Source: an uncultured archaeon
Lineage (GTDB): Archaea; Asgardarchaeota; Thorarchaeia; Thorarchaeales; Thorarchaeaceae
Assembly: GCA_964631415.1 (NCBI GenBank)
Contig: CAZVZC010000046.1
Span: forward strand, 1-15,151
Length of the DNA stretch: 15,151 nucleotides
Direction: 5' to 3'
Part shown: positions 1 through 8,241 of the stretch, in pieces
Numbering within the stretch: the stretch's first letter is position 1
How the letters are laid out: every line of letters begins with the position of its first letter
Notes under the pieces: model-generated
Told to the model about the DNA's origin: nothing
Databases searched by the model: none
The model's input: the letters and a program-made list of their open reading frames with translations, nothing else
Translations under genes and position numbers: made by a program

Positions 1-137
1 TGAGTCTGGCTTCAATTGAACCCACACGTCCTGATTCAGCTGGCCCCTTGATTTTTATTTTGTTGTCAGATGATGGAGCCGCCTTAATTAGGGGGGCTGG
101 TCAGTCCAGCTCAAAGCATTCATGGGTGATATCCTAG

Positions 138-719
138 ATGCGATATATCATTCTCAGTTGGCAGGACGTCTACAACCTGACGCTCCAGCTCTCTGAACGT
201 ATTGTTGAGAGCGGTTTCAAGCCGAACGTGATAGTCGGCATTGCCAGGGGCGGCTGGATTCCGGCAAGAATTCTGTCCGACGTGCTTTACACAAGTGCAA
301 TGTTCAATGTGCGCATCGAGTACTACAGTGAGATTGGCATAAAGGGTCCGGAGCCCAAGGTCACCCAGCCACTGTCTGTCCCAATAGACGGCAAGAAGGT
401 CCTGCTGGTTGACGAGATCGCAGACACAGGTGAGAGTCTAGTCCATGGAATTGACTACATAAAGAAACTCGGAGCCGGTGAGGTTCGTTCTGCTGTTCTG
501 CAACTCAAACCCGCATGTAAGATCACGCCTGACTACTACGTACAGAAAGTGGATGCTTGGACGGTCTATCCTTGGGAGAACAGGGAATCTATCATTTCTC
601 TAGTGAAGAAGTTCAAGTCCGAAGATGCATCAATGGACATGAAACGCATCCGGGAGAAGCTCGTGTTCGAGGTCGGCTTTGATCCAACTGTGACTGACTA
701 CTTCATCAAGCGACTGTAG
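138..719 (+). CDS. Type I phosphoribosyltransferase (archaeal purine PRT-like)
   Basis: IVGIARGGWIPA loop, PRPP-binding motif VLLVDEIADTGESL and C-terminal PDYY...WTVYPWE. SD-like GGTGA at 125-129. Confidence 0.92.
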   Translation: MRYIILSWQDVYNLTLQLSERIVESGFKPNVIVGIARGGWIPARILSDVLYTSAMFNVRIEYYSEIGIKGPEPKVTQPLSVPIDGKKVLLVDEIADTGESLVHGIDYIKKLGAGEVRSAVLQLKPACKITPDYYVQKVDAWTVYPWENRESIISLVKKFKSEDASMDMKRIREKLVFEVGFDPTVTDYFIKRL

Positions 720-723
720 CCGC

Positions 724-1329
724 TTGGACGCACTTGGGGCTAGACATATGCTGCTAGAGAAGCTGATGCGGGGGGACTCCTCCCTCGATGTGGGGATAGC
801 ACATCTGAAGAACAGCAAACACCTAGGCAAGACCGCCCTAGTCGGCCTTGCCTCACAGACACGTCCGCACATCTTCGCAGTCCAGTTTCTCAACCCAACG
901 CTCATTGTGTGTGCGCTCCATGTTCTCTCTGCCGCGCAGAATGCCACGAATTCGTGGTTTGGGGGCTATGCAGTTTCAAGAGGATTGGACATTGAGATAG
1001 CCATCTATGTTTCTGGACAGAGGCAGATTGGTCCTGCGCTTGACGCCGTGGGGGTCCACGACGGAATGTCCTCTCTTGCTCTCGTAGTGATTGGAGAAAG
1101 CCCGGAGGTCGTCCAAGAAGTGGTACGCAGCATCGCACGACAAACAGGTACTGAGATTGACCCTCCTTTCGTTCTCGATGAGGAGCGGTGTCGCATTATC
1201 ATGCAGCATTTCAGTGTCGGCGAGGTTGAACTGCGGGCGATAAGCGAGTCAGACGACCCAAAGGCAGTCTATTCAGCGCTCTGCAGATGTGTTGCCAGCC
1301 GGGTTTCGATGGTCGCGATTGACACATGA
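724..1329 (+). CDS. cgi121: KEOPS complex subunit Cgi121
   Basis: AVQFLNPTLIVCALHVLSAA and SRGLDIEIAIYVSGQRQIGPAL match the Cgi121 pattern (Q..d....H...A; E.l.y.SG.RQI..A). The start is uncertain: TTG 724, ATG 748 or ATG 766. Confidence 0.85.
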   Translation: MDALGARHMLLEKLMRGDSSLDVGIAHLKNSKHLGKTALVGLASQTRPHIFAVQFLNPTLIVCALHVLSAAQNATNSWFGGYAVSRGLDIEIAIYVSGQRQIGPALDAVGVHDGMSSLALVVIGESPEVVQEVVRSIARQTGTEIDPPFVLDEERCRIIMQHFSVGEVELRAISESDDPKAVYSALCRCVASRVSMVAIDT

Positions 1330-1355
1330 GTCCGGGTTTCCATGCAGGAGGTTAG

Positions 1356-1889
1356 TCAGTGCTTACAGCCCTGCAAAGTCGCTATTGACAGGATGTCTTT
1401 CTCGGGCACGAGTATAGAAACTCCTGTCAGGTCACCAATTATCTCAATCCACACGGTCTTGTCAGGGTTCTTTAGGTCTACCCTCTGCGAAATCAGACCT
1501 GCTACACTCCGCACCACCTTCATGCTGTCAAGGGCAGTACGTCGGTGTCTGACTGTCACTCTGAACGATTCACTCTCGCCCATCTTGTTCTTCAGTTTCT
1601 CGGTTGCAGCCATGATATCACCAATGGTTGATGGCACACAGCATTCGACAGGCGTGAATCTTATGCTAAACCTGAATTGATAGGGGTTCTCGAGGGCGAA
1701 GCTGGACAGGCGGTGAACAACAAGGAACGGGTCGATTGTGGTGGAGCACGTGAGAAGGCCCGATGCAGGTGCGCCAGTTGCGACAAGCCCCTGGTCATCG
1801 AGCAGGTCTCCCACGAAGTACTGCACTTCGGACCTCGCCGCGTGCTCCCGTTCACGTGGACACCCCACAAGTAGGTTGAACCTCTGCAG
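1356..1889 (-). CDS. Stand-alone THUMP-domain RNA-binding protein (Tan1/THUMPD1-like)
   Basis: SFRVTVRHR and VDLKNPDKTVWIEIIG...GVSIL are THUMP hallmarks. The frame extends upstream of the track's GTG 1868 through FNLLV to CTG 1889, with an in-frame TGA at 1890-1892. Confidence 0.85.
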   Translation of the reverse strand: MQRFNLLVGCPREREHAARSEVQYFVGDLLDDQGLVATGAPASGLLTCSTTIDPFLVVHRLSSFALENPYQFRFSIRFTPVECCVPSTIGDIMAATEKLKNKMGESESFRVTVRHRRTALDSMKVVRSVAGLISQRVDLKNPDKTVWIEIIGDLTGVSILVPEKDILSIATLQGCKH

Positions 1890-1899
1890 TCACAATCCC

Positions 1900-2604
1900 T
1901 CACATGTCTGCGTACACGATTCGCTTGGTCCAGAAACGCACAGCATCTGCATCAACCTTCAGGATTTCGTTCAACCGCTCAACCGTGATGTCTCCCTCTC
2001 GGTACACCTTGATGTTGCCAGGCGCACCGGGCTCCACTCCTACTATTGTCGAGTTCAGTCTGCTTTTTGACGGGCCTCCGTCGATGTATAGGTCTACAGA
2101 GCTGCCGAGCTCTTCCATTGCCACGCTGACATCGAATGGGCTAGGCCCACCGTGGAGGTTCGCGCTCGTTCCAACGATTGGCCCTTTGACCTCCTTGGCG
2201 ATAGCCCTTGGAACAGGGTGATCTGGAACTCTGACTGCTATAGAGTTTCTTTTCCCGGAAACCTTCGCAAGGACTGGGTGGCTTGCAGTGACAATGAGTG
2301 TGAGTGCGCCGGGCCAGAATAGCCTGACCAGGATTCTTTCGAGGTCACCGAAGTCGTGATAGGTTTCGACTTGATTATAGTCTGCAAACAACAGCGGCAC
2401 ACCTAGGCCTGGATCCCGTTTCTTTGCGGCAATGAGTCTGGTCATGGCATCCTCTTGTGTCGGATCACAGGCCAGCCCATAGCTGGTGTCTGTGGGATAG
2501 ACGACGAGCCCTCCGGACTTGATGATAGAGGCCGCTCTTTGAACTGCGGTGTCGAAGTCCTGCGCCGAGTCGAGTTTAAGGGTTTCAGTCGGCACTCTGG
2601 TCAC
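1900..2604 (-). CDS. tsaC: L-threonylcarbamoyladenylate synthase, single-domain TsaC/YrdC type
   Basis: VVYPTDTSYGLAC, KKR (KxR), FWPGALT, IAVRVP, GTSAN and STIV motifs. Likely start is GTG 2604 or 2595. The longer 2880 start overlaps the opposite-strand gene. Confidence 0.92.
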   Translation of the reverse strand: MTRVPTETLKLDSAQDFDTAVQRAASIIKSGGLVVYPTDTSYGLACDPTQEDAMTRLIAAKKRDPGLGVPLLFADYNQVETYHDFGDLERILVRLFWPGALTLIVTASHPVLAKVSGKRNSIAVRVPDHPVPRAIAKEVKGPIVGTSANLHGGPSPFDVSVAMEELGSSVDLYIDGGPSKSRLNSTIVGVEPGAPGNIKVYREGDITVERLNEILKVDADAVRFWTKRIVYADM

Positions 2605-2671
2605 TGAATGGGGCTGCTGCAAACACACATATGGCCGTTGCGCTTCACCTTCTCCAAAGGAGGAATTCTCA

Positions 2672-3712
2672 ATCCGCGCAGTGATACTGGCCGCCGGCAG
2701 AGGCACGAGGATGAAGCCTATCACCGACTCTGTGCCGAAGGCGCTTCTTCCTGCTGCAGGCAAGACGCTGGTTGAGCGGCTCATCTCATCATTCCATGCT
2801 GCTGGAGTGACCAGTTTCACGGTCGGCGTTGGCTGGAAGGGCGACATGGTCCGAGAGCATCTTGAGAACTTGTCGGGCACCGACAGGATACAGACTGTTG
2901 ACGTCCCGGACTACTCTCGCGGGCCTCTTCAGACACTGGTGACTGCACTGTCAGAGGTCGAGGATGAAACCTATGTAGTTTCTGCAGTTGACTATGTCGT
3001 CGAACCCGAGTCAATATCCCGAACCGTGACGAATCACCTTCACGGACCCAGCTCACGTGCGATAACTCTGCTACTGGGTCCCTGGAAGCAATCAGGTACA
3101 CCTGTGTTCGCCCAAGAGAATGGACAGGTTGGCGGAATTGGTGAGCATGTTCTGCCATCCGAAAGGATTGGCTGTAGTGCCATGCTGTTGGTTGTCAGCA
3201 GACCCTTTGGTGAAATCTGCCGAAACGCGCTTTCCCGTGGAACGACCAGCGTCCCGCCTGTCGTAAACAGCATGATCTCAGATGGTTTGTCTATACGTTA
3301 CGTCATGACCGAACAAGAATGGTTCGATGTTGATGACATCTCGTCCTTGCTAAACGCCAATCACTACCTCCTGCAGCAGATGACCGCCAGCTCCAGTAGC
3401 CAGTTGCTGGTACCACACGGGTCACGCCTTGCTGCCGGACGGCACATGCGCCACAAACATACCATTGTGCTGGAGGCAGGGGCTGAGCTGGTGGGTCCAG
3501 TACTCATTTCACAACGATGTCGAGTGGGCAAAGGCGCCATCGTAGGTCCTTTCGTGACTATGGATGCAGGGTCTCAAGTGGGCGAGCGCTGCTCGGTGGA
3601 GCGATCAGTGCTCTCCGCGAAGGGGTCTTTGGTTCACAATACTCAGATTAAAGACTCGATCGTATTTGGAACGAGTGTCTACGGGATGGGCTCCGATCAT
3701 GTCGCCGAGTAG
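2672..3712 (+). CDS. Sugar-phosphate nucleotidyltransferase with C-terminal left-handed beta-helix repeats
   Basis: RAVILAAGRGTRMKPITDSVPKALL, WFDVDD...LLNAN and hexapeptide-like repeats (VGKGAIVGPFV, VGERCSVERSV). Start placed at ATC 2672 after AAGGAGG, with GTG 2681 as the alternative. Confidence 0.85.
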   Translation: MRAVILAAGRGTRMKPITDSVPKALLPAAGKTLVERLISSFHAAGVTSFTVGVGWKGDMVREHLENLSGTDRIQTVDVPDYSRGPLQTLVTALSEVEDETYVVSAVDYVVEPESISRTVTNHLHGPSSRAITLLLGPWKQSGTPVFAQENGQVGGIGEHVLPSERIGCSAMLLVVSRPFGEICRNALSRGTTSVPPVVNSMISDGLSIRYVMTEQEWFDVDDISSLLNANHYLLQQMTASSSSQLLVPHGSRLAAGRHMRHKHTIVLEAGAELVGPVLISQRCRVGKGAIVGPFVTMDAGSQVGERCSVERSVLSAKGSLVHNTQIKDSIVFGTSVYGMGSDHVAE

Positions 3713-4295
3713 GTTTCGTGTCAGGTTGGTCTTCAGGAGACCTGTCCTTTTCGTTGCGCACCTGTTCGTAAGAGCCGGTGTGCGTCCTGACACCATCACC
3801 TATCTGTCTCTATTCGTCGCGGTTCTAGCCTGGCTTCTTCTGATGATCTTGCGCATCCCCATAGTCTATGGAATCCTAGTCTTCACTGTGGGATTCTTGG
3901 ACGGGGTTGATGGCGCCGTGGCCAGAGGGGGCGGCACTGCTTCAAACAAGGGTGCCTTCACAGACTCATTTGTCGACAAAGTGTCAGAGGCAGTGATTCT
4001 GCTGGCAATTGGGGCGGCAAACTCTGATGAGTACTTCCTAGGATTGAGCGTCCCCCTGTGGAGCGGTGTCTGCTTGTCTGGTTGGCTGCTCACGAGCTAT
4101 GCTAGGTCCAGAGCAGAGGTCTTGGGTGCAAAAGACCTTGATATCGGGCTCGGAGGGCGATCAGAGCGCCTGCTCATACTATCGGTGTTCTCAGTCTTCG
4201 GTCTACTGCTTTGGGGTTTGTTCGTCGCGACCCTAATAGGGCTTCTCACTGCTGGGTATCGGTATTCAAGCTACAAGTCAGAGATACCCGGCTAG
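3699..4295 (+). CDS. CDP-alcohol phosphatidyltransferase, archaetidylinositol-phosphate synthase/PgsA-like
   Basis: Complete signature DGVDGAVAR-x8-GAFTDSFVD, plus PDTIT, SYARSRAE and GGRSERL, and hydrophobic helices. ATG 3699 overlaps the upstream gene by 14 nt. Confidence 0.92.
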   Translation: MSPSRFRVRLVFRRPVLFVAHLFVRAGVRPDTITYLSLFVAVLAWLLLMILRIPIVYGILVFTVGFLDGVDGAVARGGGTASNKGAFTDSFVDKVSEAVILLAIGAANSDEYFLGLSVPLWSGVCLSGWLLTSYARSRAEVLGAKDLDIGLGGRSERLLILSVFSVFGLLLWGLFVATLIGLLTAGYRYSSYKSEIPG

Positions 4296-4416
4296 ATTCA
4301 TCTACACCCATCCCAACATGCCATTCTCTGGAGCAGCTGGGGCACGGAGCACCATTATACTTAAGAGTCGAGCGCAGTGCCTCGGCTCCCGACAATGACA
4401 CCGGAGCCTTACCTCA

Positions 4417-4833
4417 ATGACCATCTTTAGGGCAGATCACTATCTTGTTGCGGAGTTTGAGAAACCCGACCCTGTTTCAGACAGTAAGAAGGTCCTAGAG
4501 GCACTCCAAGAGATAAAAGAACTCAAGGACTTGGCTATTGTTTCCAGAAAGCTTGAAGGTCGGCAATGGTCAGAGATCTTGGGTCGAGCGGTCATACCGG
4601 TGGGGTCGAGAGAGTTCTGGGTCATGGTAAAGAAGGACGTGACACCGCGTGAACCCTACAACCTCTTCATCAGGGTTGACATCAATTCTGAGGGCCCAAC
4701 CATAGACGCCGCGCGGGCCGCAGTGAAGGGATGGATTGAACGCGAGTTTGTCCCAAGGATTCAGGCGAAGGTTCCCCTTAGGTCAGTAAGAGTTCTCCAG
4801 CCGGATGAGCTGTATATGCCGAAGATTGCCTAA
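4417..4833 (+). CDS. Hypothetical alpha/beta protein (138 aa)
   Basis: Clean ORF with globular protein composition, a TATA-like TTATACTTAAG about 55 nt upstream and GGAG before the ATG. No family recognised. Confidence 0.75.
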   Translation: MTIFRADHYLVAEFEKPDPVSDSKKVLEALQEIKELKDLAIVSRKLEGRQWSEILGRAVIPVGSREFWVMVKKDVTPREPYNLFIRVDINSEGPTIDAARAAVKGWIEREFVPRIQAKVPLRSVRVLQPDELYMPKIA

Positions 4834-4840
4834 GCGGCTT

Positions 4841-5845
4841 TTACTCCGTCGCTGTGATCAGGCTGATGGTGTTGCCCACAGCCTGCACGATTTCGGCTTC
4901 GCCATCTCCGTTCACATCACCAAACGCAGCCAACGACTCGACAGACTTCTTCTTCGTCTTGATTGATGCTTCCTGAGTGAGTTGATGTCCGTCATAAGAC
5001 AGAAGCATCACTGTAGAGTCGCCCAGACCGACCATGATGTGTGCCTGCTTGGAGTCCCTGTGGAGTCTGCCTATTCTCACTGAGGTGATAGGTGAAGAAG
5101 CCTTCATGGTGGCCCGAACCTCCAGTCCATTCTGGCCAATCGCAAGCAGATTTAGGTTGATGCCGTCAGACACCGTGATGATGTTGTCATTCCTGCCACC
5201 CGTGACACTTCCAGTTGCCACTAGGTGTACGTCCCCGCCAAGACCCATTCTCGATATTTCATGAAGTCTGTCGTCAGCGTACTGATAGACATAAAGGTGG
5301 CCCGAGTCGTCCCCAAAGACCAGTCTGCTATAGGGTAAATCCTTGCTTCTTAAAGGCTGCATTGAGAAGACCGGTCTGTCTACAACCTTGTGAGCCAGTT
5401 TGTCCAAGCATGCATCAAACCAGCCGTAGCATCTCAGTGCTCGATCATTAGTTGCAACAACGATTTCTGAAGCCTCATCACCAACGACATTCGTCACACA
5501 GACTGCGGTCGGAAGCGTACCCAGCTGAGTGGTGTCCTTGACTGCAAGACTCCCGTCCGAGAGGGAAATCACACGAATGGTGTTATCGAGGCCTCCAACC
5601 ACGAGGTCTGGTATATTGCCGCCCAAGACACTGCCGATTGCGAGGGTCACGATAGGAGGAAGACCACTTGCCTTTACCACCTGAGTCAGTTTCATCTTCT
5701 TGCCAGACTCAAGTTTCAGAATCCTTACGTCTCCTTCTATTGTTGACAGTACGAGATCGCATCGATCACTGTCATCGATGGTTGCCACCTCCAAGGACGT
5801 TATGGCCTCCTTGAATATGAAGTCTGAAATCACCCCGAGATTCAT
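4841..5845 (-). CDS. Seven-bladed FG-GAP-type beta-propeller without signal peptide
   Basis: Seven repeats of about 45-50 aa: IDDSDRCDLVL, GSVLGGNIPDLVVG, NVVGDEASEIVVA, LPYSRLVFGDDSG, GSVTGGRNDNIIT, GRLHRDSKQAHIMVG and GDVNGDGEAEIVQA. Confidence 0.82.
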   Translation of the reverse strand: MNLGVISDFIFKEAITSLEVATIDDSDRCDLVLSTIEGDVRILKLESGKKMKLTQVVKASGLPPIVTLAIGSVLGGNIPDLVVGGLDNTIRVISLSDGSLAVKDTTQLGTLPTAVCVTNVVGDEASEIVVATNDRALRCYGWFDACLDKLAHKVVDRPVFSMQPLRSKDLPYSRLVFGDDSGHLYVYQYADDRLHEISRMGLGGDVHLVATGSVTGGRNDNIITVSDGINLNLLAIGQNGLEVRATMKASSPITSVRIGRLHRDSKQAHIMVGLGDSTVMLLSYDGHQLTQEASIKTKKKSVESLAAFGDVNGDGEAEIVQAVGNTISLITATE

Positions 5846-6005
5846 CTGGTGACAACCTCTCAGGCTGCGGGCTGCGGCGGAATGGGTGAAGGGCAGTTAC
5901 ATCATTTAAGACTTGTTCCAATGAGCATCGGTAGAACCTGCCAGCTGGTCATTGGGAGTGCATCTGTCTACTGATGAGCTTAAGACCGAGAGTCGACCAC
6001 AATAA

Positions 6006-6602
6006 TTGGAGTCCGATATGAACGAGCAGAAGGCTCCCATGTTTCTAAGTCACGGCGATTGGAATGAAACCCCTGAGGGGGTGGCAAGAGAACTACACTC
6101 GTTCATAGATGACTTCCAGTCATTCACACCCGAGTGGTTTGCAGAAGTCAAGTTCCATCTTCTGAAGCAGTCAGGGTTGACCAAGGACACGAGAGATGAT
6201 CTCTGTCGAGTGTCGATTCACGGAGAATACTGTGACAGATGCGAGTCACTGTACAAAGCCAAGAACTGTCTACTGTGGTCACATCTGTTCTCGATGGCCA
6301 AGGCTGTGGTTGATGACCGATCTCCTCCCTGCATCAGACTTGCACTTCGGAAAAACAGCATCAGAACAGTTGCCAGCTTTCTTACCAGTGCAGACCTAAT
6401 CGAGGCACCTTTCTACAGGAGGCGCAGAGCCTCGTCCTGCAGGATGATGGCTCAATGGGGGTATTGTAGACCAGACGAGTACTGTCGTCACATTCCGGAC
6501 AACAACGCCAATCCTCTCCAGTACATCATTGCGCGTGAGAGAGTCAAACTCTCTCGGGCCGTCCGGCCAAGCACAGGCCGGCCTGGCTCCATCACTCCTT
6601 AA
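6006..6602 (+). CDS. Shortened protein with a primase large subunit (PriL) C-terminal Fe-S-like domain
   Basis: SPPCI...ASFL...SSCRMMAQWGYCRPDEYC...NPLQY follows the PriL-CTD pattern PPC...PSC..m...G.C.pd..C...PL.Y with four Cys. Start is TTG 6006 or ATG 6018. Confidence 0.68.
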   Translation: MESDMNEQKAPMFLSHGDWNETPEGVARELHSFIDDFQSFTPEWFAEVKFHLLKQSGLTKDTRDDLCRVSIHGEYCDRCESLYKAKNCLLWSHLFSMAKAVVDDRSPPCIRLALRKNSIRTVASFLTSADLIEAPFYRRRRASSCRMMAQWGYCRPDEYCRHIPDNNANPLQYIIARERVKLSRAVRPSTGRPGSITP

Positions 6603-6640
6603 GTAGACATGAAAGCATAGCGCGAGTAGGTTTCAGGTCC

Positions 6641-8194
6641 ATGCTCGCAAACAAGAGGAGATGCTCCGAGAATGAGGAATCCGTGTACGATAATGTGGAC
6701 ACGGAGATGGTACGACTCATTCGTTTGACGGGGATGCGTGAGTCTGAACTGGCTCGTGCTAGACAGAAGAAGGATGAAACATGGCGGAAAGTCAATGGAA
6801 TACTCGCTGAACACGCGCGTCTGGTGGCTATTGGTGACAGGCACACGCGTCAGAAGGCAATCCAAGACCCGGTCCATGGCGCAATACTCCTGGACCCTTG
6901 GGAGCTCGACCTAGTTTCGAGTTGGGAGATGCTCAGGCTCCGGTTTGTCAAGCAGCTGGGTCCTGCACACATAGTCTATCCCGGTGCAACGCACACAAGG
7001 TTTGAGCATTGTCTGGGAACAGATCACTTGGTCCAGAAGTGCATCCGTGTCGTCAATTACTGTGATGATCCTAGCCACGCTTGCTTCAAGCCTTTCTCGG
7101 AACTGCTCAGCGACTATCAACAGAAGATCTTCAGGGCAGCTGCATTACTGCATGATGTGGGGCACCCGCCGACTTCTCATACAATTGAGTTTCCCATCAA
7201 GTGCTGGGTCGGACTCAGCCACACGGACTTGGGTCAGTTCCTCATCATGCACAGCGGCTTGACTGAAATCTTGGAGGCGAGTGGCATTGAGCCAAAGGTG
7301 GTCGTTGACGTTCTCAAGCGGAGGTCGACTGACCCAATCCTCCAGCTCCTGTCAGACTTCTTAGATTCTCCTCTAGACTTGGACAAGACGGACTACCTGA
7401 TTCGTGATGCGCATTTCAGTGGTGTCCAACTCGGGGTGTTCCCTGCCGAACGCGTGATGTTGACAAACCGCGTCGTAAAGGACTCAGAAGGTCGATACAT
7501 CAGGGCCTTCATGCTGAAAGCGCTCCATTCTCTTGAAGCGCTGATTCTCAGCCGCAACTGGATGTTCTCGGATTTGTATCTTCATCATGCAGTGAGGGTT
7601 GCCGAAGCACTCACGTCCAAGGCCACATACTTTAGGATGAAGGAAGAAGCCCTGACCAAGAATGAGTGCATTGGTCTATTCACCAGAATGACGGATGGAG
7701 ACCTCTATCGTTGGCTGGCAGAGTCAAAAACAGATTTCGTCCGTGAGTATGCTGCGAGGATTAGGTACCGACGGCTGTTCAAGGTGGCAATGTCACGGCC
7801 TATAGCCGCGTTTGAGGCGGGCTCTAGAAAGCGGCTGCATGAGATGCAGGTCGACATCAACAAGCTGCTTGAGGCCGAACTCCAACTGAATGACGACCCG
7901 GGCAAGGCAATCATAGACATCGTCAACCCGGAGCTTGGTTTTAGATTCCTGTCCACAATCCCGCTACTCATCGGTGGCGAGGACTCAAAACTTGAAATCG
8001 TGAGCCTGAAGGACGCCGATGAAGGAAAGCCCCTTGTGCAGGCGCTCAGTCAGCAGCGGTTCACAATACCCTCTGTTAGAGTTTACTCGGATCCAGACAT
8101 CGCAGATGACGTTCGGAAGCGGTTCGAGAGAGAGTTTCCAGCGGCTGCCAAGGCAAGAGAGTCGCAGACAGACTTCGACATGACTGAGTGCTAG
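6641..8194 (+). CDS. HD-domain phosphohydrolase, SAMHD1-like dNTP triphosphohydrolase family
   Basis: IQDPVHG, RLRFVKQLG, YPGATHTRFEH, LLHDVGHPPTSH, LDLDKTDYLIRD and LYLHH motifs. The true start may be later, for example ATG 6707. Confidence 0.9.
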   Translation: MLANKRRCSENEESVYDNVDTEMVRLIRLTGMRESELARARQKKDETWRKVNGILAEHARLVAIGDRHTRQKAIQDPVHGAILLDPWELDLVSSWEMLRLRFVKQLGPAHIVYPGATHTRFEHCLGTDHLVQKCIRVVNYCDDPSHACFKPFSELLSDYQQKIFRAAALLHDVGHPPTSHTIEFPIKCWVGLSHTDLGQFLIMHSGLTEILEASGIEPKVVVDVLKRRSTDPILQLLSDFLDSPLDLDKTDYLIRDAHFSGVQLGVFPAERVMLTNRVVKDSEGRYIRAFMLKALHSLEALILSRNWMFSDLYLHHAVRVAEALTSKATYFRMKEEALTKNECIGLFTRMTDGDLYRWLAESKTDFVREYAARIRYRRLFKVAMSRPIAAFEAGSRKRLHEMQVDINKLLEAELQLNDDPGKAIIDIVNPELGFRFLSTIPLLIGGEDSKLEIVSLKDADEGKPLVQALSQQRFTIPSVRVYSDPDIADDVRKRFEREFPAAAKARESQTDFDMTEC

Positions 8195-8241
8195 ACGTAA
8201 CACTTGAGCACTAGAACTCCACCATGGGGCGATGTGCACAC

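Noticed and set aside
2605-2880. Long N-terminal extension of TsaC
   Set aside because: It is the antisense reading of the nucleotidyltransferase start and the divergent spacer, and has no TsaC features.
3564-3698. Extension of the CDP-alcohol transferase, or fusion with the upstream gene
   Set aside because: The genes are in different frames and each is complete. ATG 3699 gives a normal-length protein.
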